Positions 51,405-61,628 of a stretch of DNA of 64,000 nucleotides are shown one piece after another. The notes beneath the pieces were generated by a model. It saw only the letters and a program-made list of their open reading frames with translations. It was not told the origin of the DNA and ran no database searches. Location of the stretch: positions 809,240 through 873,239 of the forward strand of contig CAVXWP010000009.1 in NCBI GenBank assembly GCA_963765495.1, given 5' to 3'. Position 1 is the first letter of the stretch; every line of letters starts with the position of its first letter. This DNA is from Blastocatellia bacterium (GTDB lineage: Bacteria > Acidobacteriota > Blastocatellia > UBA7656). Made by a program: the position numbers and the translations under genes.

Positions 51405-52043
51405 ATGCAGCTATTGCTTGCAGTGCTCATAGAGTTCTGGAGTCTCCTCAGAAAACTCGGGGGGCTTGGCCTGATCCTTATGGGTTTTCTTGACAGTTCC
51501 GTCATTCCAACCCCGGGCGGGTTGGATTTGCTGACCATCGTGCTTGCGGCGGGGCAAAAAACCTGGTGGCCTTATTATGCCGCGATGGCTGTTGCCGGGT
51601 CGGTTATCGGCGGGTATCTGAGCTATGAACTTGGGCGCAAGGGCGGTGAAGAGGCCATTGAAAAAAGAATGTCCAAAAAGAAATTTGACCGCGTATGCCG
51701 AGCCTTCGAGAAATGGGGATTCGGAGCCGTCTTTGTACCCACGATCCTGCCTCCCCCTTTTCCGATAGGTCCGATTTTTATGGGCGCGGGGGCGCTTGAT
51801 TATCCGCTCAAAAAATTCCTGCTCGCGCTCACCGCAGGCCGCGTCATCAGATTCACTATAGTCGCTTACATGGCTTCAAGATATGGCCAGTACGTAATAA
51901 AGTTCTTCTCAGATAATTACGTGATGATACTCCTGATAATCGCGGGGCTGACGGCAGCAGGAGGCTTAGCCTTTTTTCTTTTCCGCTCACACGACAAACA
52001 AACCAAAAAGAAAGCGTCCGATGCCACGGCAAGCGGAGATTAA
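51405..52043 (+). CDS. DedA/YqaA family membrane protein
   Basis: GFLDSSVIPTPGGLDLL motif and 4-5 TM helices. Confidence 0.7.
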   Translation: MQLLLAVLIEFWSLLRKLGGLGLILMGFLDSSVIPTPGGLDLLTIVLAAGQKTWWPYYAAMAVAGSVIGGYLSYELGRKGGEEAIEKRMSKKKFDRVCRAFEKWGFGAVFVPTILPPPFPIGPIFMGAGALDYPLKKFLLALTAGRVIRFTIVAYMASRYGQYVIKFFSDNYVMILLIIAGLTAAGGLAFFLFRSHDKQTKKKASDATASGD

Positions 52044-54178
52044 ATGACCGGCACAGGGACGGCCATCTCTTCTCCGCCAACAGGCGCAAGTGGAATTATT
52101 AACCGGAACTCGGTTCCGTGGCCGTCGCGTGCGGGGCTCTTGAGTTCTATAATGCCGCCAAGCTCAACGATACGGCGCTGAACTATGGCAAGTCCCAATC
52201 CCGTGCCTCTGGACTTGGTGGTATAGAAAGGCTCGAACACCCGGCGCTGATCTTCTTCGGGAATGCCCGGCCCCGTGTCTGTGATCGTAAGCATCACGCT
52301 GGACGAAGACGGGGTGCCTCTCTCCGAGTGGGTCTTTTGCCTGTCGAATTCCACGCTCGCAACCACGGCGACCTCTCCCCCCTCGCCCGTTGCCTGAAGA
52401 CCGTTGAGCACAAGATTGCCGAGCGCCTCGCGCACCGCCGAGGCCTGCGCGCCTGTAAGCGTCACATCCTGATCAACCACAACGTTCAGCGCGACGCGCA
52501 GTTCGCGAGCCTCTTTGCCAATGAGTGCCATCGTGGAGTCGAGCAATTCCGACATCGACACGGGGCGGCTGTCTTGATGATTTGGGCGCGAGAAGGCGAG
52601 AAGTTGCGAAACAGTCCGGTTGAGGCGATCTATTTCGCTGACGATCAACTCCAGATCACGGTCGTATTCCTTGAGCGACTCTTCTTCGCGCATCACCTGG
52701 GCTATGGATTTGATCGAAGAGAGCGGGTTTTTGACTTCGTGCGCTACGGTAGCGGCCATCTGTCCAAGCGTAGCCAGTCGCTCGCGCGCGGCAAGCTCAC
52801 GTTCGAGTCGTATCTTTTCTTCTACAAGCAGGCAGCCTTCGACTTCGATGGCTACCTGCCCCGCCAGCACATCGAGAATAGATCGCTTCTCAGATGTCAA
52901 CGTCTGAGCTTCGGCCTCTATTATCATCAGCCCTATAACTTTGTTTTCGCGTCTGAGGCCGTAAGCGATGCTCGCGCCCAGTTCCGTCAAATCCTCGTCC
53001 GTCTCGATCATATCCGATTGCCAGAGGCGGAGCTTTTCAATCAGCCGCCGCTCGGGGCCTTCGGCGAGCGTAGCGATTGAAGGGACTACGCGAACCCGCG
53101 CCAGATCAAGCCCCCGGCGAATGATCTCTTCCGTGTACCGCACAACCGCGTCGAGTTCACCAAGCCCCGCAGTGCCTGCCGACACCTGTCGCACAACGTC
53201 GCGGTACAACCCGATCTCATGAGCAAACAGGCGATGCACCATTCTCTCGATCACCCGTATGACGGGACCGGCCAGCGCGACCATCCCGAGTATCAATATC
53301 GCTTCGATCACTCCGGGCCGCGACCCAAATCGCTCGACAAAAAATTGATCCAGTTGCCTCACGCCGTAAGTGTAAACCGCTATAAAGACGACCGCGAATC
53401 CCGCGTACATCAAGCTGTCTTTTATGATGATGTCCACTATCTTGTAGCGATAGACGTAGTAGGCCACAAAGAAAGTCGGCAAAAGCGACAGCAAAATGTA
53501 GGCTACCCAGAGAAAATCGTTCGGGCCTGAGCGACGCAACCCGACTATGGCGAATTCGAACCCGCCTATGATGAACAGGAAAATGGCGAGCAATTTGAAG
53601 AACGCTCGCTCGCGTGTGGCAGATATATTTAGGCGATCCTTGATCACCCAGTCAATTGCCGACGCCGACCAGAAGGCATACATCCACCATACGGAATAGG
53701 GAATAAGCAATCTTCTGAGCTTTACAAAAAACAACTGGTAATCGCCGGTATTGATCAGGTAGATCGCATAAGGCAGCACGATCATCGGCGCATAAAAAGC
53801 CAGCCCCGCGATTCGGGCCTGCCTCTCGCTTGCAGTCCGATTCTTATTAAATGAACTCCAGACGGCAAAGTGCGCGTGAAGTAGCGCGGAAGGGACCAGC
53901 GCTACGCCGATCATAGTAATGGTATCCCAGACTCTCAAAAGAGAGGTTAGCCGCTCGCTGCCAAGCAGCAGAAGGTGCAGCATAGTGAGCATATTTCCGA
54001 GAAACCACCCGCCCAGACAAAGACCCAGCAATACGAATGTGCGTTCGGCAAGCGTCATATGCTCGCGTGCGCCCAGCCGCCTCTTCCAGATCAACCAGGC
54101 GATGTAGAGGTGCAGCGCCGCCCCGGTGGCGAATCCTACGAGCTTTAATATTTCAAGCAGTGACATAACCGAAGACAA
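52040..54178 (-). CDS. Sensor histidine kinase with N-terminal multi-TM sensor region
   Basis: HisKA H-box ATVAHEVKNPLSSI and HATPase_c G-boxes (DTGPGIPE, GTGLGLAIV). Confidence 0.85.
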   Translation of the reverse strand: MSSVMSLLEILKLVGFATGAALHLYIAWLIWKRRLGAREHMTLAERTFVLLGLCLGGWFLGNMLTMLHLLLLGSERLTSLLRVWDTITMIGVALVPSALLHAHFAVWSSFNKNRTASERQARIAGLAFYAPMIVLPYAIYLINTGDYQLFFVKLRRLLIPYSVWWMYAFWSASAIDWVIKDRLNISATRERAFFKLLAIFLFIIGGFEFAIVGLRRSGPNDFLWVAYILLSLLPTFFVAYYVYRYKIVDIIIKDSLMYAGFAVVFIAVYTYGVRQLDQFFVERFGSRPGVIEAILILGMVALAGPVIRVIERMVHRLFAHEIGLYRDVVRQVSAGTAGLGELDAVVRYTEEIIRRGLDLARVRVVPSIATLAEGPERRLIEKLRLWQSDMIETDEDLTELGASIAYGLRRENKVIGLMIIEAEAQTLTSEKRSILDVLAGQVAIEVEGCLLVEEKIRLERELAARERLATLGQMAATVAHEVKNPLSSIKSIAQVMREEESLKEYDRDLELIVSEIDRLNRTVSQLLAFSRPNHQDSRPVSMSELLDSTMALIGKEARELRVALNVVVDQDVTLTGAQASAVREALGNLVLNGLQATGEGGEVAVVASVEFDRQKTHSERGTPSSSSVMLTITDTGPGIPEEDQRRVFEPFYTTKSRGTGLGLAIVQRRIVELGGIIELKSPARDGHGTEFRLIIPLAPVGGEEMAVPVPVI

Positions 54179-54337
54179 TAAACTTCAACTGGATGGCAAG
54201 TCAGGTCTAAACGCTACGGCTTACTGTAAACGTCGGCGGAAAGAAATGTCAAAGCCCTTTGAGGGCGAGCGAGAATCCGCGTGGCCTGATCTATGATATG
54301 TGGATACAATGTCAGGGCGGGAATCAAGGATCAGCAA

Positions 54338-55024
54338 ATGAAGGCCACCGACAAAGAAGAGACTCTCAAGGCTTATGAGCGCCACGCCTCATCGGTAGAC
54401 GCGGAGTTTCACCGTGTCTTCGAGCAGTTTGCCGACCGCATGCAGTGCGGTAAAGGCTGTTCGATGTGTTGCAGTCAGATGTTTTCGATCTCGCTAATCG
54501 AAGCCGCCTACATATCTCGCGCAGTAAAAGCTATGCCCGAAGAGCGCCGCCACCGCCTGCGCGCCTCGGCTCGCGATTACATCGCAAAGGCCAGAAAATT
54601 GACCTTAGACAACGATGAAGACGACGGCGAAGAAGCCATAACGCCGCGCCCCGGATTGAGACTTCCCTGCCCGGCGCTCATCGATGATGCCTGCTCGATC
54701 TATGATGCGAGGCCGCTCATCTGTCGCAAGTGGGGCATACCGCTTTTCAATCCAAAAAAGCCTGTGGAACTTCAAGCCTGCGAGCTGAATTTTCGCCCCG
54801 GCGAAGAGGTTGATATAACCGGATTGCTCGAACCCCAGGTGTCGCTGCTGGAAGAGTGGGTCGAACTCAAAGACCAGACAAGAAAAACTCTTCGCCATCC
54901 GAAGATGACAACTACCGTGGCTGAAGCGATAATGTATGACTTTGAAGATATCTTATTTAACGAAGAAGAAGGACAAAGAAAACATGGTTTTGAAGCTGCA
55001 AGAACTGAGACGATACGTGATTGA
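54338..55024 (+). CDS. YkgJ family cysteine-cluster protein (CxxCxxCC)
   Basis: CGKGCSMCC motif. Confidence 0.65.
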   Translation: MKATDKEETLKAYERHASSVDAEFHRVFEQFADRMQCGKGCSMCCSQMFSISLIEAAYISRAVKAMPEERRHRLRASARDYIAKARKLTLDNDEDDGEEAITPRPGLRLPCPALIDDACSIYDARPLICRKWGIPLFNPKKPVELQACELNFRPGEEVDITGLLEPQVSLLEEWVELKDQTRKTLRHPKMTTTVAEAIMYDFEDILFNEEEGQRKHGFEAARTETIRD

Positions 55025-55274
55025 TAATCGAGTTGAAATCAAATTCAGCGACCCCGATTCCAGCCACCAGTTCCTACTCAACAACAAGGGGCAGATAAAG
55101 ATTTTAAGCGAAGACAAGGATTCCCGCCTTGAGGATATTTTTGCCTCTGTTCAAACCTTTGAGGTAATCAATGAAGATAAGACGCAGCAGATGTCGCGGG
55201 CGGCTCTGGCCGAGGCAGTCGGCGAAGCGTTCAAGCGGCGCGGATTTGCCGCCTGGAAAGATGAGGAAGAGTAA
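54984..55274 (+). CDS. Hypothetical small acidic protein
   Basis: ORF only; overlaps the 3' end of the preceding ORF in a different frame. Confidence 0.3.
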   Translation: MVLKLQELRRYVIDNRVEIKFSDPDSSHQFLLNNKGQIKILSEDKDSRLEDIFASVQTFEVINEDKTQQMSRAALAEAVGEAFKRRGFAAWKDEEE

Positions 55275-55333
55275 TTCAAAAAGGCCACCGAGATATTTCG
55301 GTGGCCTTTGTTGTTTTCAAATCAGAGGTCAGG

Positions 55334-57460
55334 TTAGTCGCCAAAACCGGCTCTCTCCTCCTGCGCCTGCCCCTTCCCCTTGCTTCCCATCTGCACCAGC
55401 TTCCCTTCCACCTTCGGCCCTACTCCCAACTGTACCAACTTCGCCTCCGGCTCCCCGCTCTCTTTCAATACGTGCTGCCGGTACAACTTCGCCATCCTCA
55501 AGTTCTCCGCTTCGCTCAACTTCGCTGCCCTCGCCCTCTGCTTCTCTTCCCTCGCCGTCTTCGCTATCCCTAACTCGTCCAGGTCGTGTTGCACTTCCCT
55601 CGTGATTATCTCTTCCTTCAACACCAGATTGTGCTCTACACTGTTTAACTCTACTGCTCTCCCTCCCGCAAATATCTCGTGCCTCCCGTACTCCTCATAC
55701 CACTTCGTCAAACTCGCCGTCATGTGCATCTTCTCTACTATGTTCCTCCACCCTATCCCCGTGTTGTATGCGCAGAAACTTATCTCCCCTTCCTGCGTCG
55801 CATACGGGATTATGCACCTCTCCGTCCGCCGAAAATCATAGTTGAACAAATCCTGAAACCACATCCCCGCTATGAACAGGAAGTTCCACCTGTCTGCTCT
55901 CCTCTTCTCTATGTCTTCCTTCGTCCGGTCTCCTGAAACCTTCCCATAATTCTTCCCCGTCGCTCCCCACGTCTTGTCAAACTTCGTCAACAAATCCTTT
56001 AACTTGAAATGCGTCGGCGACTGGTACGGGTCGTAGTTCTTCATCAAGGCCAGGGCCATCCCCACTATCGACAGCCACTTCCCTCTCCCAGCATCGTTGA
56101 CCTTCATCACATCCTTCGCCAACTGCTCCCCGTCCAAAAACGCCGTCACTGGCACCGACTCCTTCGTCTCCTTGTCCACCATGATCGCCATACCTACTCC
56201 ACAATTCGGATGGCATCCACAACTCAACTGCCCCCAGTCCGCCTCTGGCCCGTGCACCAGATCCGACCAGTCTGAAAATGTGCTCATAAACGAGATCGGA
56301 AACCAGTCTCTCACTGGCTCTCCCAGCCCCGTCTGTTTCTTCACATCGTGCGCCAGGTGCGACAGCGTGTATCTCTGCGCCATTCTCCGCTCGTCCGTGA
56401 TCGCCTCATCTCGCCCCGTGAACGAAACGGGCTGGAACGACAAAAACGAGGTCTTCTTTGGATTATCTAGCGCAAACTGGATTATCCGCCCCACCTGCTC
56501 GTTGTTTATCCCGTTTATGATCGTTGTCACTGGCACAATCTCCACTCCCGCGCTGTGGAGGTTCTCGATTGCTCGCAACTTCACATCAAAGAGGTTCCCG
56601 ACTTTTCTGTGCTCGTTTGCAGCGTTGCCGATCCCATCGAATTGCAGATACGCATATCTCAGCCCCGCTTCTGCCGCTTGACGCGCAAACTCGGCGCTCT
56701 TTGCAAACTCTATCCCGTTTGTAGCCGCCTGCACGCTGTTGTAGCCAACCTTGCGTGAATACCTGACGGCATCCAAAAAGTAGGGCGAAAGCGTTGGCTC
56801 CCCGCCCGAAAACTGAACGCTCAACTGGCGGCGGGGCTTGATAGAAATCGCGTTGTCGAGCATGGTCTTGATGTCATCCCAGGTGAGTTCGTGAACAAAG
56901 CCAACCTGATTGGCATCCATAAAACAGGGGTCGCACATCATGTTGCAGCGATTTGTGAGATCTATCGTAAGGACAGAGCCGCGCCCGTATTTTATGGTAG
57001 AAGAGCCGTGATCGTGAAGGGTCTCGTCGTTGTGAGCGCGGATGTCAGAGCCAGGAAAGACCTGTTCAAGGTGTTTGAAGAAATCGGCGTCGATAGCCAT
57101 GATGTCTTCGAAGTGGCCGTGTTTAGGGCAATCCTTGACCATGAGGATATTGCCGTCGCGTTCGATGATCTGGGCCTTGATTTCGCCGATGCGTTCATTT
57201 TTGAGGATATCGACGGGAAGAATGCCGTCGAGGACCTGCTGGCGGATTTCGGGAACGCAGCGAGGGCAGAGGGAATCGGTAGTGCGAGGCCAGCCGAGAG
57301 GAGGCTTGACCTTCTGATAGGATTTCAAGAGAGGCTTATCGCTCCAGGCAGGAGTGAAGGAGGGATTCTGTTTGATGCGATTGAATCTCTCGAACAGGGC
57401 CCAGGAGCCGCGAGCGGCCAAGGTCAATCCTTTTTCAACATACTTTATTGGCTTGTGCAT
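55334..57460 (-). CDS. Large radical SAM protein (708 aa) with N-terminal Cys/His zinc-ribbon-like motif and long C-terminal extension; family not recognised
   Basis: TIDLTNRCNMMCDPCF (Cx3Cx2C), upstream CPRC...CPKHGH, additional CGCHPNCG cluster, Lys/Glu-rich tail. Confidence 0.75.
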   Translation of the reverse strand: MHKPIKYVEKGLTLAARGSWALFERFNRIKQNPSFTPAWSDKPLLKSYQKVKPPLGWPRTTDSLCPRCVPEIRQQVLDGILPVDILKNERIGEIKAQIIERDGNILMVKDCPKHGHFEDIMAIDADFFKHLEQVFPGSDIRAHNDETLHDHGSSTIKYGRGSVLTIDLTNRCNMMCDPCFMDANQVGFVHELTWDDIKTMLDNAISIKPRRQLSVQFSGGEPTLSPYFLDAVRYSRKVGYNSVQAATNGIEFAKSAEFARQAAEAGLRYAYLQFDGIGNAANEHRKVGNLFDVKLRAIENLHSAGVEIVPVTTIINGINNEQVGRIIQFALDNPKKTSFLSFQPVSFTGRDEAITDERRMAQRYTLSHLAHDVKKQTGLGEPVRDWFPISFMSTFSDWSDLVHGPEADWGQLSCGCHPNCGVGMAIMVDKETKESVPVTAFLDGEQLAKDVMKVNDAGRGKWLSIVGMALALMKNYDPYQSPTHFKLKDLLTKFDKTWGATGKNYGKVSGDRTKEDIEKRRADRWNFLFIAGMWFQDLFNYDFRRTERCIIPYATQEGEISFCAYNTGIGWRNIVEKMHMTASLTKWYEEYGRHEIFAGGRAVELNSVEHNLVLKEEIITREVQHDLDELGIAKTAREEKQRARAAKLSEAENLRMAKLYRQHVLKESGEPEAKLVQLGVGPKVEGKLVQMGSKGKGQAQEERAGFGD

Positions 57461-57622
57461 AACTATCTCCTAGTAATGTGCGAAGCCTCAAAAACATATT
57501 TCCAACTTCGCTGTTGCTGTCAGAATTTAAGCACAGCGGATCAACCGGATAACCGCTTCCCGATTGCGCCAGTGCCTGGCAAATACGTTCGTCCCCGAAT
57601 CGAAAAAAGCTCCGGCGAAAGC

Positions 57623-57904
57623 TCAAGCCAGATATTCGGCAAGCTCCCGCTCAAGTTCTTCCGGGCCGACCTGCTCACCCCGATTAAGCCGGTCCAGAGT
57701 GCGATCAATTACGGCCTTCGCTTCATCCTTGTGGTCCTCACTCAAGAACCCATCGAGGAAATGATCCCCCGCGAGGGCGTGGTTGATCTCCGATTCCTTG
57801 TTGTGCTCGTCCAACTCCGTGAAGTAGACAACCTTGTATTTGCGGTTGTAGCTGGCTTCACGATAAACCTCAAACATTATCTTTTCCGAATTTCGCATAC
57901 TCAA
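57623..57904 (-). CDS. Hypothetical small protein
   Basis: 93-aa ORF downstream of the activase operon. Confidence 0.4.
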   Translation of the reverse strand: MSMRNSEKIMFEVYREASYNRKYKVVYFTELDEHNKESEINHALAGDHFLDGFLSEDHKDEAKAVIDRTLDRLNRGEQVGPEELERELAEYLA

Positions 57905-57907
57905 AAC

Positions 57908-58002
57908 GTGACCAGTGACGCGTGATTCGTGAAAAGGGAATCAACTGATGACGATTCGGGTCCCTGAAAATCACGCATCACGCGTCACTGGTCACGAATC
58001 AC
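57908..58002. repeat. Heptamer-repeat hairpin element: arms GTGACCA-GTGACGC-GTGATTC-GTGA and TCACGCA-TCACGCG-TCACTGG-TCACGAA-TCAC
   Basis: Read directly; about 25-bp arms, about 38-nt loop. Confidence 0.7.
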
Positions 58003-58006
58003 TTTC

Positions 58007-61000
58007 CTAGTCTCCCGAAGCGCCTATCTGATACTGTGGCACATTGCCTGAAAGCACGGGCAGCGAAATAATTGAACCTCGCCGCGAACTGGCTTTCTCT
58101 TCTGCCTCGGCCTGCAATCGCAGAAGACGCTCGAATTCGGCAAGCTTCTCTTCCAGCGTCCTTACCTTGCCTTTGTTCTTGATCATGTCTTCACGATAGC
58201 GCTTGAGGAAATAACCTATCGTCTCGACTCTGATCTTGATAGAGCCGGTCGGTTTATTTTCGTCTATGTCCTTGAAGCAGAAGTAAGGCGTACCCGCATT
58301 CTGAACGGTCTCTTCGACCACGGTGTAAATCGGCGCGTCGTGGCCGCATTTGAACGACGAAAGCTCCAGCGCTACTAGATTCGGATGGCGCGCCGTGTAT
58401 TTCGCGGCCCAGATCTTGCGGCTGGTGTTTTCCGAATAGGAATTCTTCCACGCATCCTGAATGTCCATCGGATGCTTGATTATTCCCGCCCGCACTTCGT
58501 CGCCAAACAACCGCCACAGTATGTCGTCATCTATCGGCAGCGAGTCCATAGTAAAGACCGGGTATCCAAGCTTCTGGAACTCTTCAAGTATCTCGTGATT
58601 GATGCCCGGATCGTTATGATAAGGACGACCAAGCATCACGACTCCAAGCCCGTCTTCGGCTTCGAGTTTTTCGAGCACCTCGCGGCCCGCGCCGCGCAGC
58701 GTCACATTATAGAGAGTATCGAGCGCCTTGAATCCTTCTTCGATGGCCCGATGATTCTCCTCCTGCGTGAGACCTAGCAGGTCTTTGAATACTTCATACA
58801 TCTGCTTTTCAAGCAGTGGCGGCTCATCGAGATTCAGAATCGGGTCAAGGTATCTGGTGCCCAATTGCGCAAACAGATCGCCCTCTTTGATGAATGCCGC
58901 CTTGACCGCTTCGGGCGTTGCCGTGACGGTAGGGCATGCGCGGCTGCCCTGCGTGTTGACAAGATCGGTGGGCAGAGCGTCTATCATCGGGAAGAAGATA
59001 AAATCGAGCGGCTTCTTTTTGTGATGAACCTGGAGCAGGTTGTGAACGTGCGGTATGCCCACCTTTGACGGGAAGCACGGATCGATGGCCCCGCGTTTCG
59101 CGCCTTCTTTGTAAAGCTGCTCGGTTGTGTAATCGGAATAAACCAGATTCTGCGGTTTGACTCCGAGGCTTTCAAAGTAAGCCGAAACAAACGGATTGAT
59201 CGAATACTGATTAAGAACGCGCGGAATGCCTATGCGCAGGGACTCGCGTTTCTTGAGCAATTCGTTGCGCTGTTTCTGCGACTTTGTGAAAGCATATTTA
59301 TGAGCCGGGTCCGCCACCTTCTGCGGATTGTAGCTGCGCCATGCGGCTTTGGCCGCGATCTCGACAAAGTTCGGATTTGCGGACTTCATCGAATCGAGCC
59401 CCTTCTTGATGACCCGCATATCGGCCACGTCTTCGACCAGCCCCTTCTCGCAAGAGTTGCCTACGATAAGGCGCTGCACGCCCGGCAGGATCGGAATCTT
59501 CGATTTGCGCGGCGGTTCGGTGCTCTCTTTATCCGACACCTTCACGTCAATAAAGGTGCGCAGACATTTGTTCTTGCAGAAGTAACACCTGGTGTCCTCA
59601 TTGCGATGCGTGACATAGGTGATATCCTCGACGCTCTTCAATCCGATAAAGCTTGTCCGGCGACCGTTTTCCCAGAGTCTTACCGCTTCGATTGCAGCCC
59701 CAATCGCGCCCGATTCGCCGCAGTGCTCGTGGACTATGATTCGCGGCTGGATATCTTTGCCCTTAAAGCGCGACTCGATAAAATCAACCTGAGACTTGAC
59801 CGCCGCGAGGTTGTGCTGAGTGCCGCCCTGCAAGACGAAGTTTGTACCGAGCGCGGCGATGTTTGGTATCTGCGAAACATAGAGCCAGATGTTTTTCGGA
59901 AGCACGGCGGCAAGACCCGCCATGATCTCTTCGGGCTTCCAGCCCTGTCGCTGAAAGTCAACAATGTCGGATTGCATAAAGACCGCGCATCCGTAACCGA
60001 ACGTGGGCATCGCCTGCGCGCTGAAGGCTATGTCGGCGTACTGCTCTACCTGCATGCCAAAACCTTCGGCCGTCGATTGCAGGAAGTAGCCGTTTCCAGC
60101 CGAGCATTGCGTGTTCAATTTGAAGTCTTTGACCTGACGATTCTTCAGGATTATCAGCTTGATGTCCTGTCCGCCCACGTCAACGATCACATCCACATCT
60201 TTGTAAAACTGCAAAGCGGATTCGGTATGCGCGACCGTCTCGACTAAAGCGACATCGGCGTTGAGCGTGTCTCTCAAAATGTCTTTTGCGTATCCGGTAG
60301 TGCCTACGCCGAGTACGTTGAGAGTTGCGCCCTGATCGGTTACCTGCTTTTCGAGTTTGCCGAAGACTTCCATGGTGTCTTCTATCGGGTTGCCTTTTGA
60401 CAGTTGATAAGTCTTCACAAGAATCTTGCGGTCCTTATCGAGCAGCACGGCTTTCGTAGAAGTCGAGCCGCCGTCCAGACCTATGAAACCTTCAACGACC
60501 TGCCCCGGTTCAAAAGTGGCGGGCGTGAACTTCTTGCGCTTGTATCTCTCCTTGAATTCCAGCAGATCCTTTTCGTCTTCCGACAGTCCCTTTCCTCCGG
60601 CCTTCTTCTTCTCTTCGATGCGACCGTAGGTGATGTAATACTCAAGATCGGCAGTGCCGCGATAAACGCCTATACTATCGTCTTCGGACTTGCCGAATTC
60701 GACAGCGCCGAGTGCCGCGAAGTACTGCGCGTTTTCCGGCACTTTTATCAGGTCTTTCGGGTCAACCCCTTCGGGCAGCGGATAGTTGCGCTCTTCCCAC
60801 ACCTTCGGGATATTGGACTTCCAGCCTTCGACCATGCCCCGGATGTATGTATTGGGACCGCCAAGCAGCAAAACGTGCGGGCGCAGGGTGTTGCCTCGCG
60901 TAAGCACGGCGAGGTTCTGGCCTATGATCGCTTCAAACAGCGAGGCCATAAGCTCAGAAGGCGGCACGCCCATTTTCTGAAGCGAGTTGATGTCGGTTTC

Positions 61001-61543
61001 GGCAAACACGCCGCACTTGCCCGCTACCGGATGGAGCTTTATATCGTAGTAGCCCATGTCGCAGAGCTTGTCGGGCGGGATGCGGAGTTTGGCGTTGATC
61101 TTATCGATGACCGCGCCGGTTCCGCCCGCGCATTTGTCATTCATCGAAGGGATTTTTTTCTTCTTGCCGGTTTCCGGGTCTTCCTTGAATATGATGATCT
61201 TGGCGTCCTGACCGCCAAGTTCGATGACCGAACCGGCTTCGGGGTAAAGTTTTTCGACCGCAAGCGATACGGCGTTGACCTCCTGCACAAACTTGGCCCC
61301 GATCATGGTCGCAACGTTTCCGCCTCCCGACCCTGTGATGAATATCCTCACGTTTTCTTTGGGAATCGGGAAATCGGCTTCGATGCGCTTGAGGAATTCC
61401 AGGCATTTTTCGGGCTGTTTGGTATCGTGACGCTGATAATCCTGCCATAGGATTTCGTCTTTTACGGGGTCTACAACTACCGCCTTGACGGTCGTCGAAC
61501 CAACATCCAAACCTATGTATAGTTTTTCGTAGTCTTGACTCAT
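58007..61543 (-). CDS. Fused CoA-substrate-specific enzyme activase (two BcrAD/BadFG/HgdC-type ATPase domains) with C-terminal dehydratase-associated domain (YjiL/YjiM-like)
   Basis: Two acetate/sugar-kinase-fold ATPase domains (LDVGSTTVKAVVVD, GLDGGSTSTKAVLLD) and a long C-terminal domain; 1178 aa. Confidence 0.75.
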   Translation of the reverse strand: MSQDYEKLYIGLDVGSTTVKAVVVDPVKDEILWQDYQRHDTKQPEKCLEFLKRIEADFPIPKENVRIFITGSGGGNVATMIGAKFVQEVNAVSLAVEKLYPEAGSVIELGGQDAKIIIFKEDPETGKKKKIPSMNDKCAGGTGAVIDKINAKLRIPPDKLCDMGYYDIKLHPVAGKCGVFAETDINSLQKMGVPPSELMASLFEAIIGQNLAVLTRGNTLRPHVLLLGGPNTYIRGMVEGWKSNIPKVWEERNYPLPEGVDPKDLIKVPENAQYFAALGAVEFGKSEDDSIGVYRGTADLEYYITYGRIEEKKKAGGKGLSEDEKDLLEFKERYKRKKFTPATFEPGQVVEGFIGLDGGSTSTKAVLLDKDRKILVKTYQLSKGNPIEDTMEVFGKLEKQVTDQGATLNVLGVGTTGYAKDILRDTLNADVALVETVAHTESALQFYKDVDVIVDVGGQDIKLIILKNRQVKDFKLNTQCSAGNGYFLQSTAEGFGMQVEQYADIAFSAQAMPTFGYGCAVFMQSDIVDFQRQGWKPEEIMAGLAAVLPKNIWLYVSQIPNIAALGTNFVLQGGTQHNLAAVKSQVDFIESRFKGKDIQPRIIVHEHCGESGAIGAAIEAVRLWENGRRTSFIGLKSVEDITYVTHRNEDTRCYFCKNKCLRTFIDVKVSDKESTEPPRKSKIPILPGVQRLIVGNSCEKGLVEDVADMRVIKKGLDSMKSANPNFVEIAAKAAWRSYNPQKVADPAHKYAFTKSQKQRNELLKKRESLRIGIPRVLNQYSINPFVSAYFESLGVKPQNLVYSDYTTEQLYKEGAKRGAIDPCFPSKVGIPHVHNLLQVHHKKKPLDFIFFPMIDALPTDLVNTQGSRACPTVTATPEAVKAAFIKEGDLFAQLGTRYLDPILNLDEPPLLEKQMYEVFKDLLGLTQEENHRAIEEGFKALDTLYNVTLRGAGREVLEKLEAEDGLGVVMLGRPYHNDPGINHEILEEFQKLGYPVFTMDSLPIDDDILWRLFGDEVRAGIIKHPMDIQDAWKNSYSENTSRKIWAAKYTARHPNLVALELSSFKCGHDAPIYTVVEETVQNAGTPYFCFKDIDENKPTGSIKIRVETIGYFLKRYREDMIKNKGKVRTLEEKLAEFERLLRLQAEAEEKASSRRGSIISLPVLSGNVPQYQIGASGD

Positions 61544-61628
61544 CGTCTACTCCAACTCTTTCTTTTCGTCGTTCATTGGCCGGTGGCCAGTCGTTATTCA
61601 CAACCGGCCACCGAACACTGACCACTGC

